Shown here: piece after piece, positions 1 to 9,060 of the stretch
Numbering within the stretch: position 1 is the stretch's first letter
Layout: every line of letters begins with the position of its first letter
DNA from: Anaeroplasma bactoclasticum
GTDB lineage: Bacteria > Bacillota_I > Bacilli_A > ML615J-28 > CAG-313
NCBI GenBank assembly: GCA_023667245.1
Contig: JAMPAL010000003.1
Coordinates: forward strand, 34,173-98,172
Reading direction: 5' to 3'
DNA: 64,000 nucleotides
Notes under the pieces: generated by a model
Database searches by the model: none
The model's input: the letters and a program-made list of their open reading frames with translations, nothing else
What the model was told of the DNA's origin: nothing
Position numbers and translations under genes: made by a program

Positions 1-194
1 AAGTCCTCTTTAGTCTGAAAATAAGTTTCTAAAATTAAATCATATGAACGTGGCGAATGTAGAAAATCGATTCCCACTGTAACATCAACAAGCATTGGCA
101 CATTTCCCTTCATCGAAAGTAAAATTTCTTTTGCTTTTTTCAAATCTTCTATATTTGAACTAATCAATTTAAAACAAACAATATGCTTAATCAT
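1..194 (-). CDS. Dabb-type stress-responsive alpha/beta-barrel protein (partial; C-terminus lies outside the window)
   Basis: Reverse-strand translation from the ATG (complement of 192-194) gives MIKHIVCFKLISSNIEDLKKAKEILLSMKGNVPMLVDVTVGIDFLHSPRSYDLILETYFQTKED..., the typical N-terminus of the stress-responsive Dabb dimeric alpha/beta-barrel family. It is absent from the ORF track because it is truncated. Confidence 0.45.
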   Translation of the reverse strand, partial: MIKHIVCFKLISSNIEDLKKAKEILLSMKGNVPMLVDVTVGIDFLHSPRSYDLILETYFQTKED

Positions 195-307
195 TTTCTT
201 TTTCTCCTTATCTTTTCTATATATTATACCAAATTATTCTTTTTTTAGCCACTGTTTCATTCTAGAAAGTAAAAAATACCTAAAGAAATATTCTTCAGGT
301 ATTGTAT

Positions 308-571
308 TTATAATTTTTTCAAAATGCTTTTCATTTTTTCTACTACTTGATCAATCATACGATCAATTTTGTGAGCAGTCTTATTTACCATATTTTCCTC
401 AGGTTGAAGTGTTTTAGGTGTATAACCATTATTTGGCGTTACAATTTCCGTTTCAAACTTGTCTTTTTCTTTTTCCAAAATGGAATTAGGTGAATGAGAA
501 GTCTCACCCATTTTTAAACCAAAAATAAAAATAAATAGAACAAGAGCAATCATACATAATTTTTTCATCAT
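308..571 (-). CDS. small secreted hypothetical protein (N-terminal signal peptide)
   Basis: 87-aa ORF with a hydrophobic N-terminus (MMKKLCMIALVLFIFIFGL) and a charged C-terminus. No recognisable family. Confidence 0.35.
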   Translation of the reverse strand: MMKKLCMIALVLFIFIFGLKMGETSHSPNSILEKEKDKFETEIVTPNNGYTPKTLQPEENMVNKTAHKIDRMIDQVVEKMKSILKKL

Positions 572-576
572 CTCAC

Positions 577-837
577 CTAAGCATAATTTTGTATCGTAAT
601 AATGGAACGAATATCATGAATATTAAAGAAAAAGATAAAATATATGGCGTAATCATAAATGGTTTTGACATATGAGCCAATTGGATGTTCCATCTCTACA
701 TCAGGTTCTATCTTCATATAAAACACTTCTACCGTTTCTTCTTGATGAATATGTTTTAATTGATCAAAATGAAGAAACAAATTATTTATAAATGAAAAAA
801 TAGCTAATAACAATAAGACACTCACTTTATAATTCAA
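577..837 (-). CDS. hypothetical membrane protein
   Basis: 86-aa ORF with an N-terminal transmembrane segment, packed between gpr and the next small ORF on the same strand. Confidence 0.3.
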   Translation of the reverse strand: MNYKVSVLLLLAIFSFINNLFLHFDQLKHIHQEETVEVFYMKIEPDVEMEHPIGSYVKTIYDYAIYFIFFFNIHDIRSIITIQNYA

Positions 838-855
838 AATATCACCTAAGATATT

Positions 856-1911
856 TTATTCACTATATCCATTATATAGACCTGGATGCAAGGCTAAATT
901 AATAGAATTAGCAATAATTTTCGAAAGATCATCCACTTCTGTATCAATTTCTTTTGGTGTAACCATTAAGTTAAATCCATTAGGTGTAAGGACCTCTTCT
1001 ACTAGTGTACGCTGTTCTGCCTCACTCAAACTACCAAATTGTCCAAAAAAAGCAACTTTTGTTGGTTCTTGAATATCTTGGGGTTGATTCAAATTTTCCT
1101 TCACTAGTGTAGATGAAAGTGCATTGGCTTTAGATGTTTTTCCGTTTAATTCTAGATTCAAATACTTTAATACCATTTGGATAGTATTGACTGTAATAGT
1201 TGTTGCATCCACAACAGTAGGAATACCGATGGCTATAACTGGTTTATGAAGGGTTTCAAAAGAAATTTCCTTTCTTTTGTTTCCTACCCCTGATCCTGGT
1301 TTAATTCCTGTATCTGTAATTTGAATAGTTTTATTGATACGTTCAACTGAATTGGTAGCTAGTGCATCAATGACAATCACAAAATCCGCTTTTACTTTTT
1401 CCAAAACAGTCTCAATGACATCATAAGTTTCTATTCCAGTTGTTCCCATCACACCTGGTGACATTGCGCAAACATTAGAAAAGCCTTCACTTAAGGCATT
1501 CATATTGGCCAAATGTCTAGTCACAATAGTATTATCTATGACGATTGGTCCAATGGCATCTGGTGTCACATTACTATTTCCTAATCCCACAACAAATGCT
1601 TTTTGACCAAGCAAATGATTTTCTTTTAAACATTCTACTAAAACCTCCGCAACTGCTTTTTCCGTTTTTTCCAAATGAAGCGTATCATGGATATTGATTT
1701 TAGATAAATCTATCGTATAATAATTTCCTGGTTTTTTACTCACTATTTCTGATGCTTTTTCCCCAACAATACTTTTATGAATAGGAATATCAAATGAAGT
1801 ATAACTATGTGTCACAAAATCAGGGATATCTTCATCAAGATGTTTTTGATATTCATCATAAGCAAGATCTGTTCTTGCAAATACAAAATAAGCATTTTCA
1901 TTTTTATTCAT
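856..1911 (-). CDS. gpr: germination protease GPR (spore protease that degrades SASPs)
   Basis: The 351-aa translation carries the GPR signature blocks FVVGLGNSNVTPDAIGPIVIDNTIVTRHL, SPGVMGTTGIETYDVIE, DFVIVIDALATNSVERINKTIQITDTGIKPGSGVGNKRKEISFETLHKPVIAIGIPTVVDA and NLMVTPKEID. These align closely with Bacillus GPR. Confidence 0.9.
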   Translation of the reverse strand: MNKNENAYFVFARTDLAYDEYQKHLDEDIPDFVTHSYTSFDIPIHKSIVGEKASEIVSKKPGNYYTIDLSKINIHDTLHLEKTEKAVAEVLVECLKENHLLGQKAFVVGLGNSNVTPDAIGPIVIDNTIVTRHLANMNALSEGFSNVCAMSPGVMGTTGIETYDVIETVLEKVKADFVIVIDALATNSVERINKTIQITDTGIKPGSGVGNKRKEISFETLHKPVIAIGIPTVVDATTITVNTIQMVLKYLNLELNGKTSKANALSSTLVKENLNQPQDIQEPTKVAFFGQFGSLSEAEQRTLVEEVLTPNGFNLMVTPKEIDTEVDDLSKIIANSINLALHPGLYNGYSE

Positions 1912-1982
1912 TTTATCACCTCAAAATAGTATGAGTCATATTTTGAAATAATATGCAAAAATGATTCATAATAAAAACAAGA

Positions 1983-2558
1983 TCAATTGACCTTGTTTTG
2001 AGTAGAATTTAATTTTAAAATATGTAAGTAAGAAAGTATTTTGATTAAGATAGGAATAAGGATTAGTTGTAAGAGAATACCAGGCCAAGCAGTGACAAAA
2101 GCACCCGCCATAAAAAGTGACCAAGTGAAATAATTGGAATCGAATAAACCACAAACCATTCTTGATACTCCCCACAATAGTCTTCCTATTAACATCGCCG
2201 CAATTAAAGCAATATAAATCCGAATCAAAGAATAAGCTTTCATTTTGGCACCAAGTGTAGCATATATAGCGCCACTCACTATACCATAAGTGGCAAGCTC
2301 AATCATCATACAAATTGCTGTTGGATATAATGGCGGCATACCCCAAAATATTGATCTCGTAATGGGTAAAATCAGTCCAATTATTCCCCCATACTTAGGT
2401 CCTAAAATCAGTCCACATAATAGTACTGGTATATGCATAGGACAAAGCATATTTCCAATAGTGGGAATTCTCAATGTAACCAAAGGAAGTAACCACCCCA
2501 TTACTAAGAAGAACACACTTAGTACCATTTTTCGAAGTGTAATTGATGCTTTATTCAT
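1983..2558 (-). CDS. ECF-type transporter substrate-specific (S) component (vitamin or cofactor uptake; substrate unknown)
   Basis: 191 aa with about 6 TM helices and the MHIPVLLCGLILGPKYGGIIGL...PLYPTAICMMIELATYG pattern typical of ECF S-components. It overlaps the stop of the upstream DUF362 gene by 8 nt, which suggests translational coupling. Confidence 0.55.
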   Translation of the reverse strand: MNKASITLRKMVLSVFFLVMGWLLPLVTLRIPTIGNMLCPMHIPVLLCGLILGPKYGGIIGLILPITRSIFWGMPPLYPTAICMMIELATYGIVSGAIYATLGAKMKAYSLIRIYIALIAAMLIGRLLWGVSRMVCGLFDSNYFTWSLFMAGAFVTAWPGILLQLILIPILIKILSYLHILKLNSTQNKVN

Positions 2559-3423
2559 TGGTAATCTCTATTAATTCATAATCTCTAGATCCATACCCTA
2601 GTGTAGCGGCTGTTTCAATGGTGTGAATACCATTTCTACTTTCTACTCGTTCAATAAAGTGATCACGACCTTTGTCAGTAGAAGCATAGACCAAATCAAT
2701 GCAAGCTTGATCAATTGCAATTGGATCATCTGAAATCAATACGCCAATATCTTTTATGCATGGATCTTCCGCAACTGCACAACAATCACAGTCTACTGAC
2801 ATATTCTTCATAACATTAATGTATACAATTTGACCTTTAAAATAGGATACTATAGAACCTGCTGCCTCAGCCATTGCCTCTAAAAAATGATCATGATTGG
2901 CCGTCCAAATTTCTTCTGGAACACCACAACCATGAATATATGCCTTACCATAAGATGATGCTATTCCAATAGATAATTGTTTCAATGCTCCCCCATATCC
3001 TCCCATTGGATGGCCTTTAAAGTGAGATAAGACAAGCATAGAATCATAATGAACTAAGTCTTTACCTACATAATTTTTTTGAATGACTTTCCCATTTGGA
3101 ATATCTAAAACCAGGTCTGGTCCTTCTTTATCTAATAAATCTACCTTAAATGCATCTAACCAACCATGTTTTTGAAATGTTTTCATATGTTTTTCTGTTG
3201 TATCTCTACCACCATCATATGCGGTATTGCACTCTACTACAGTTCCTCTTACTTCGTGAATGATATTCGCAAAAAAATCAGGTCCCAAAAAATTCTGATT
3301 TCCTGGCTCACCAGAGTGAAGTTTTACCGCGACATTTCCAGGTAAATCTTTACCTAATCTTTGATACAATTTTACCAATTCGCTTGGTGTTAAATGTTTA
3401 GAAAAATAAACTTTTGATTTCAT
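2551..3423 (-). CDS. DUF362 domain protein (putative Fe-S/redox protein; variant lacking the ferredoxin insert)
   Basis: 290 aa: MKSKVYFSK...HSGEPGN, HFKGH, CDCC, DPIAIDQACIDLV and a C-terminal GYGSRDYELIEI, matching the DUF362 family layout. Confidence 0.6.
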   Translation of the reverse strand: MKSKVYFSKHLTPSELVKLYQRLGKDLPGNVAVKLHSGEPGNQNFLGPDFFANIIHEVRGTVVECNTAYDGGRDTTEKHMKTFQKHGWLDAFKVDLLDKEGPDLVLDIPNGKVIQKNYVGKDLVHYDSMLVLSHFKGHPMGGYGGALKQLSIGIASSYGKAYIHGCGVPEEIWTANHDHFLEAMAEAAGSIVSYFKGQIVYINVMKNMSVDCDCCAVAEDPCIKDIGVLISDDPIAIDQACIDLVYASTDKGRDHFIERVESRNGIHTIETAATLGYGSRDYELIEITNE

Positions 3424-3553
3424 ATAGTTTTCCTTCCTTATTATATAGATATATTATATCACACTATTCCATTTTCGACATCCCCTACACGCAATACATC
3501 CTCAGATAGTTTTTTACCAATATGAAAAAATTGCGTTTGAAGTCTTTGTCCAT

Positions 3554-3634
3554 TTAGCGTTTTCTAACTTCTGATAAAACAGTATATGTACAACCCTTTT
3601 CATGAGAACGACCATTAATTAATAAAACTTTCAT
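3554..3634 (-). pseudogene. remnant of a flavodoxin-like NAD(P)H-dependent FMN reductase gene (N-terminal fragment only)
   Basis: Minus-strand reading from the ATG (complement of 3632-3634) gives MKVLLINGRSHEKGCTYTVLSEVRKR then a stop. MKxLxINGSxxxxGxT is the conserved N-terminus of NADPH-dependent FMN reductases / iron-sulfur flavoproteins. The remaining 240 bp intergenic stretch has no intact frame. Confidence 0.25.
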
Positions 3635-3669
3635 GTCTCACTATTAGCTAAATGATACTTTTGATATAA

Positions 3670-4233
3670 TTATTTTAATTTTGCACCGTCTTTGAATGCA
3701 TTCCCCACTCTTTCGGTTACTTTATAATATCCATGAGTATACGGATCAAAAGCAATTGCTTCAAGTTTGGTAATGTCAACTTGATTATTAATTAAAACTG
3801 CTTCATCTGCAGAAACATTAATGATTTTACCGATAACACCACATCCATATTTACCATCTTGATATTCAATAAACTCACATTCTAAACAAATGGGAAATTC
3901 ATTAATAATTGGAGCATCCACTAAAGATGATTTTGAAGAAGTTAAACCACTTTTTTCAAACTTATTTTGAAAATTGTTTGCTGAAACAATTCCAAAGTAA
4001 TCTGCTTCAATTACGTGTTTAGCGTCAGCAATGCTTACTGTAAATGCCTTTCTTTGTTTTATATTTTGGACTGTTTTATGTGTTTCAGTTAAATTTAAAA
4101 TTACATAATCTCTTTCGAGCATGGTTCCCCATGCTGCATTCATTACATCAATTGAACCATCTTCATTATAAGTTGCAACCATAAGCACAGGCATAGGAAA
4201 GATAGCCTCTGTTGTTTTAATATTTTTTTTCAT
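3670..4233 (-). CDS. flavin reductase-like (flavoredoxin) FMN-binding split-barrel protein
   Basis: 187 aa: PMPVLMVATYNEDGSIDVMNAAWGTM...AFTVSI...DYFGIVS, characteristic of the flavin reductase-like domain family. Confidence 0.75.
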   Translation of the reverse strand: MKKNIKTTEAIFPMPVLMVATYNEDGSIDVMNAAWGTMLERDYVILNLTETHKTVQNIKQRKAFTVSIADAKHVIEADYFGIVSANNFQNKFEKSGLTSSKSSLVDAPIINEFPICLECEFIEYQDGKYGCGVIGKIINVSADEAVLINNQVDITKLEAIAFDPYTHGYYKVTERVGNAFKDGAKLK

Positions 4234-5002
4234 ACAAATCTCCTTTTTTAAGTTATTATTTATTTTCAGTAAAAATTTTTAAATGATAATCATATATAAT
4301 TATATTGTCTAGTACACACATTTGCATAATACGAACCAAAAGCAAAATATAATGAAAGTTAATTATTTATGGATAGAATTAAAAACAGATGTATTCCAAA
4401 TAAAAAATTATGCGAGATAAAATTTAGCAGTATCTTAGCTATCATCAATGAAAAATGCAAAATAACTATACTTTATGCATTAATGAAATTTGCATTGATT
4501 TAATATAGCAAATTGAAAAGATATGTAAAGGACATTTCACATAAAACACTTTTGCTTTCATTAATAAAATGAGAAAAAATACATTATGGTCTGAAAAGAA
4601 TATTCTCAAATTTTCCCTAAAGGCGAATATAACCTATTTGAACGAAATCATTAACTCCAATTTTAAATCAAATGTATAAATAAAGAACTAAACATAAAAT
4701 ATAATGGCTATGATTTATTTCATTATACTATAAAATATTGCAAATAGTTTTTATATTGCATCTAAAAATATAATCATTATTCAATAGTGAGATTATAATG
4801 GTATTTCTTTCCAATTTAATATATTATCCAAAAAAGTTATTGCTAAAATTAAGCTGAAGATACAAATTTTCAAGTATTTGAGAATAGTCAAAATATTTTT
4901 CATCAATCCATTGATTTTTAAATTCAAATTAAAGGCAAAATTTATGATAATTTTTCAGTCTGAATTATAGTTTAGATTCAAATTTTGCCCCAAACAACTT
5001 CC

Positions 5003-5049
5003 AAAGCAAAAAAAAGATTTGATACAACAATTCTCTTTGTATCAAATCT
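5003..5049 (-). terminator. rho-independent terminator of the tRNA operon
   Basis: Inverted repeat agatttgatacaa (5015-5027) / ttgtatcaaatct (5037-5049), followed on the minus strand by a run of 8 U. Confidence 0.7.
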
Positions 5050-5061
5050 ATTCATTCTTAA

Positions 5062-5135
5062 TGGAGCAGGTGATGGGAATCGAACCCACGTAGTCAGCTT
5101 GGAAGGCTGAAGTTCTGCCGTTGAACTACACCTGC
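5062..5135 (-). tRNA. tRNA-Gly (anticodon UCC)
   Basis: Reverse complement GCAGGTGTAGTTCAACGGCAGAACTTCAGCCTTCCAAGCTGACTACGTGGGTTCGATTCCCATCACCTGCTCCA folds as a cloverleaf with anticodon loop CUUCCAA. CCA is encoded. Confidence 0.9.
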
Positions 5136-5141
5136 GTAAAA

Positions 5142-5218
5142 TGGTCGGGACTGCAGGATTCGAACCTGTGACCCTCTGGTCCCAAACCAGATGCTCTACC
5201 AAGCTGAGCTAAGTCCCG
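5142..5218 (-). tRNA. tRNA-Pro (anticodon UGG)
   Basis: Reverse complement CGGGACTTAGCTCAGCTTGGTAGAGCATCTGGTTTGGGACCAGAGGGTCACAGGTTCGAATCCTGCAGTCCCGACCA; anticodon loop UUUGGGA. Confidence 0.9.
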
Positions 5219-5264
5219 CAAGTATTAATATTATAACACTTTTCATAAATATTGTCAAGTAAAA

Positions 5265-5341
5265 TGGCGCGCCTGGCAGGATTCGAACCCACAACCCCTT
5301 GATCCGTAGTCAAGTATTCTATCCAATTGAACTACAGGCGC
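5265..5341 (-). tRNA. tRNA-Arg (anticodon ACG)
   Basis: Reverse complement GCGCCTGTAGTTCAATTGGATAGAATACTTGACTACGGATCAAGGGGTTGTGGGTTCGAATCCTGCCAGGCGCGCCA; anticodon loop CUACGGA. Confidence 0.9.
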
Positions 5342-5357
5342 ATATACAACTGATAAA

Positions 5358-5433
5358 TGGCGGTTCCAACGGGACTTGAACCCGCGATCTCCAGTGTGAC
5401 AGACTGGCATGTTAACCACTACACCATGGAACC
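5358..5433 (-). tRNA. tRNA-Asp (anticodon GUC)
   Basis: Reverse complement GGTTCCATGGTGTAGTGGTTAACATGCCAGTCTGTCACACTGGAGATCGCGGGTTCAAGTCCCGTTGGAACCGCCA; anticodon loop CUGUCAC. Confidence 0.9.
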
Positions 5434-5435
5434 AT

Positions 5436-5518
5436 TGGTGCGGGCGACAGGAATCGAACCTGCACTCGTGAGAACTAGATCCTAAGTCTAGCGCGTCTGC
5501 CAGTTCCGCCACGCCCGC
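5436..5518 (-). tRNA. tRNA-Leu (anticodon UAG), type II with a long variable arm
   Basis: Reverse complement GCGGGCGTGGCGGAACTGGCAGACGCGCTAGACTTAGGATCTAGTTCTCACGAGTGCAGGTTCGATTCCTGTCGCCCGCACCA; anticodon loop CUUAGGA. Confidence 0.85.
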
Positions 5519-5536
5519 AATTAACAATGCCTTAAT

Positions 5537-5565
5537 ATTATAGCATATTCTCTCTAAGCGTGCAA
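5537..5565 (-). promoter_or_regulatory. sigma-A type promoter of the tRNA operon (TTGCAC-17-TATAAT)
   Basis: On the minus strand: TTGCAC (complement of 5560-5565), a 17-nt spacer, then TATAAT (complement of 5537-5542), about 18 nt upstream of tRNA-Leu. Confidence 0.7.
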
Positions 5566-5580
5566 ATTATTTACTCACTT

Positions 5581-5611
5581 TTTTAAATTAAAAATAAGGG
5601 AAAACCCTTAT
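5581..5611 (-). terminator. rho-independent terminator of the small Cys-rich gene
   Basis: Hairpin ataaggg-aaaa-cccttat overlapping the stop codon, followed on the minus strand by a U-rich tract (UUUUAAUUUAAAA). Confidence 0.5.
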
Positions 5612-5790
5612 TTTGTTTCTGGATGATGTTCTACGCAAAGTTCGCATCCACATTCTGCCGCAATTTTCTTACCTGCACATACACATGCTTCTTTTGTAGC
5701 ATAATGTTCTTCTAAAACTTGACCATTTTGGTCTTTGATTTCCCAATTATTTTGTTCTTTACAAGGTCTACAAGTGACTGTTTTTTTCAT
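5608..5790 (-). CDS. small cysteine-rich protein (putative metal-binding), hypothetical
   Basis: 60 aa with eight Cys arranged CRPC...CVC...CGCELC. It has its own terminator; no family recognised. Confidence 0.4.
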   Translation of the reverse strand: MKKTVTCRPCKEQNNWEIKDQNGQVLEEHYATKEACVCAGKKIAAECGCELCVEHHPETK

Positions 5791-5905
5791 AATTTCACCT
5801 CAACTTTCATAATATTATTATTTCACTATTTTTATTTTTTAATATTACCACATTCTAGTTTTTTATAAAAAAAGTAACACAATATGTTGTGCTACTTTTT
5901 TTTGA

Positions 5906-8425
5906 TTATCTTTGTTTTTTAATTTTAACAATTTCCATTAGAACAAAACTCAAATCGACCATTAATATAAAGTAAATCCATCCATTCGACTGACATCCTT
6001 TTACCCGAATCAATTGAATTTTCGAACAAGTTTCCTGATAAAATCCATCTATTTCAATCTTTGATTGAGCATTTTGAATGGATTGTTTGGCTTGTTCTAT
6101 GATTTCATCTACTTTTTTTTGATTTTTCTTTGTATATGATTTTCCCATAAGCCATTCATCTAAATCTAAAATGATTTTGGTTTTATATTTTGCTATTTGG
6201 TCTTGCATAATACACTCTTCAATTTGTGACAAAGCGTTATTATAAATCGCATCTATTTCTGTTTTTGAAAAAACCTTATCTAAATCAATTGTTGCTTGAT
6301 TAATAATATCTTGGACACCTAAAATAGTATAATCTTTTTCTAACAAATGATTTATCTTTTCTTCTTTATATTGAATAATCATTTCTTTTGTACTCATTTG
6401 ATTGATTTGTTCTTGTACATATTGAATTTTTTCCACAATTGTTTCGAAGTTTGCTTCCTGATTGATTAGATTATTGACTTCTTCGATATAATTTTTTATT
6501 TCCATTTGGTTGTCTTCATCATATTGTTCAAGTTGTATGTCTTTAGGATACCATATACATTTTTGAATGATTTGCGTTTTATCTGAAGGTGTGGATAAAA
6601 CTTTATAATCAATGGTAATTAGAATCTCCAAATGATTGAATTGATGAAGTGGGTACATTATGCTTTGATTTTCATATTCATTTAAAAAGGCAAAAAGGGA
6701 TCCACATTCATAACTCACCAAATAAATTGCTTGGTGAACATCTCGAATATCAATATCAATGTATACTTGTTGATTGATTATATCAAAGGTTGCCCGCTGA
6801 ACAACAGGTTTGGGTTTTCCAGTTGTAAAGGTTTGAATTCTGCTTATCTTGTGTTCCGTAACGCCTTTGTACTCAACGTCATATTGATACTGAAGCGTAT
6901 AAGTTGTATCTGGAGTTAAATTGCTAAAATCAACTGTGAATCCTGATTCATCAAATGTGACATGCCTTATTTCTTCACCAATTTGAATCTCTACATTTTT
7001 AATATCTAAATCTTTTGATATAGCTGGGCTAGATACACAAACGGAAGTATCACGATATTGTGAAAGCTGTAACTCTAATTCTGGGGCGACAACCAAAAGT
7101 ACATTAGAAACAGCACGTTCATTACCATCAGATGGTGTATTCATAATTACAAATTCCCCTTGTTCATTGCGTATACCAAAGGTAGATGAGCCTCCTCCAT
7201 CAATATTTACACCTTCATAACATCCATAATGAGCCAATAACACCCCTTGTTCATCTTGAGTCATTCCAGACATTCCATTATTTTTTTGTCTGCCATCAAT
7301 TACAAAAAACATCATAGTACCATCTTCTTTTACACCAATACAAGTACGAGGATGCCTATCATATCGCATGCCATCAGAATTGTTTTCAGATATCACCCCT
7401 TGTTCCATAAGTGTAGATCCTACACCTATAATTTGGTCACAATCTTCAAGCTCCCCAATCACTTGCTTTTGTATACGAATGGTTGTGCCTATACTTAATT
7501 TTTCTTGGATATTTTGGTTTGTAGTTACAATTGCAAATTGCCCGAATGAAAGCGTTGCTTCTTCAGTATTCTGTTTAGAAATACTCCCTCTAGCATATAA
7601 TTCAGGCTCATCTGTAGGTAGACATCTAATGGGTCTTTCTATAATATAAGAAATATCTTTAGGAACTTTGACCTTCGTTTCTGTATATTGGGTAGGAAAA
7701 GCTTCCCCAGATACATATACATTACTCCGATAAGTGTAATACACGGCTAATTCATTTTCCAAAGGTAACTCATTGATCTTATCTACTGGAAAAGTAGACA
7801 CAACATCCCCTTTTTCGTCGTATATGGTTAAAACATGATAGTTTGTAAACTTTAGATTTTCATCTATGATAAAAGGAGTAGTACTACCATCGTTTTTATA
7901 TCCAACACTTTTGGTTTCTACTGCCCTCAGCAATTCTTCATCAGATAAAGTAGTCCCTGCGGTATGATAAGGTAAGGCTGGATCATGCGCTTTCCAATCA
8001 TAAAAGTCTCCATTTACACCAGCCAAAACAACCCACCCAGGGTGATCTGCTTCATAACGCTGAACAAACTTTGATAGTGTTTGGCGATTCCAACCTTGTG
8101 AATTGGGATATGTATAATTGATAATTCTTACATTTTGTTGACTCGGCACACTGAGTATATTGATGATTTGTTGACTCAGTTCACTAGCACTTATATCATT
8201 ATTGCAACGATTGGTACTAGATAAACCACTCACTTTGATATGCTCTACACCATATCCTAAATGGTGTGTTAGCAAACGTTCTTCTTCTTGATAGACTGCA
8301 TAATCGCTTGTTGTCTTTTCACTTTTTGCATCAAAAGCAACTAGATTGATACAAATTGCACCATATAAAAGTACTCCTAAAACCAAAAACATTAAAAGAC
8401 GTATCGTATGATTTTTTCGATTCAT
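5906..8425 (-). CDS. membrane-anchored phosphodiester glycosidase family protein (NAGPA/DUF2233-like) with a C-terminal coiled-coil/low-complexity domain
   Basis: 839 aa with an N-terminal TM helix (LLMFLVLGVLLYGAI), the GVNGDFYDW and VNIDGGGSSTF motifs typical of the phosphodiester glycosidase family, and a roughly 250-aa Q/E/K-rich C-terminus. Confidence 0.55.
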   Translation of the reverse strand: MNRKNHTIRLLMFLVLGVLLYGAICINLVAFDAKSEKTTSDYAVYQEEERLLTHHLGYGVEHIKVSGLSSTNRCNNDISASELSQQIINILSVPSQQNVRIINYTYPNSQGWNRQTLSKFVQRYEADHPGWVVLAGVNGDFYDWKAHDPALPYHTAGTTLSDEELLRAVETKSVGYKNDGSTTPFIIDENLKFTNYHVLTIYDEKGDVVSTFPVDKINELPLENELAVYYTYRSNVYVSGEAFPTQYTETKVKVPKDISYIIERPIRCLPTDEPELYARGSISKQNTEEATLSFGQFAIVTTNQNIQEKLSIGTTIRIQKQVIGELEDCDQIIGVGSTLMEQGVISENNSDGMRYDRHPRTCIGVKEDGTMMFFVIDGRQKNNGMSGMTQDEQGVLLAHYGCYEGVNIDGGGSSTFGIRNEQGEFVIMNTPSDGNERAVSNVLLVVAPELELQLSQYRDTSVCVSSPAISKDLDIKNVEIQIGEEIRHVTFDESGFTVDFSNLTPDTTYTLQYQYDVEYKGVTEHKISRIQTFTTGKPKPVVQRATFDIINQQVYIDIDIRDVHQAIYLVSYECGSLFAFLNEYENQSIMYPLHQFNHLEILITIDYKVLSTPSDKTQIIQKCIWYPKDIQLEQYDEDNQMEIKNYIEEVNNLINQEANFETIVEKIQYVQEQINQMSTKEMIIQYKEEKINHLLEKDYTILGVQDIINQATIDLDKVFSKTEIDAIYNNALSQIEECIMQDQIAKYKTKIILDLDEWLMGKSYTKKNQKKVDEIIEQAKQSIQNAQSKIEIDGFYQETCSKIQLIRVKGCQSNGWIYFILMVDLSFVLMEIVKIKKQR

Positions 8426-8502
8426 TATCCTTTTCTCCTTTTCTTTTCTATATTATATCATGAAAAAAAGCAAAACCAAAAAGGCTTTGCTTTTTCTTTC
8501 TC

Positions 8503-9060
8503 TTATCCTCTAGAATTGTATTTACCATCCCAAGTAGAAACAATAATTCGATCTCCTTGTTCAATAAACATAGGTACTTTAACAACCAATCCAGTTTCCA
8601 CTGTTACTTCTTTTAGCGCATTGGTTGCGGTATTTCCAGCAACAGCAGGTGAAGCCTCTGTTACCTCTAAAGATACTTTTTCTGGTAGATTTACACCTAA
8701 AATTTCATCTCCATAAAAAACAATTTCAATACTCATACCTTCAAGCAAAAATTTAGCTTCCCATTCTAAACGCTCTGCAGGAATTTCTACTTGATCATAT
8801 GTTTCCATATCCATAAAGCAGTAATCAGCACCACCATATAAATATTGCATTTTCTTCTTTTCAATCATTGCTTGCTCTAATTTTTCACCAGCATTAAAAG
8901 AATATTCAGTTGTTGTACCAGTTCTTAAATTACGTAATTTAGTACGAACGAAAGCTTGTCCCTTACCTGGTTTTACATGTTGAAAATCAACAATAGTAAA
9001 AATTTGATTGTTGTAAAGGATGGTCATGCCAGTTTTAAAATCGGCTGTAGTAATAGACAT
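8503..9060 (-). CDS. efp: translation elongation factor P
   Basis: 185 aa: FKTGMTILYNNQIFTIVDFQHVKPGKGQAFVRTKLRNLRTG...GDRIIVSTWDGKYNSR, a canonical EF-P. Confidence 0.95.
   Translation of the reverse strand: MSITTADFKTGMTILYNNQIFTIVDFQHVKPGKGQAFVRTKLRNLRTGTTTEYSFNAGEKLEQAMIEKKKMQYLYGGADYCFMDMETYDQVEIPAERLEWEAKFLLEGMSIEIVFYGDEILGVNLPEKVSLEVTEASPAVAGNTATNALKEVTVETGLVVKVPMFIEQGDRIIVSTWDGKYNSRG

Noticed and set aside
2290-2574. 94-aa plus-strand ORF
   Set aside because: Antisense within the ECF S-component gene. It has a low-complexity Ile/Gly-rich translation and no RBS.
4978-5527. Two ORF-track proteins (4978-5202 and 5255-5527, minus strand)
   Set aside because: They lie exactly over the five-tRNA cluster. 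The translations are low-complexity read-through of tRNA sequence, not genes.
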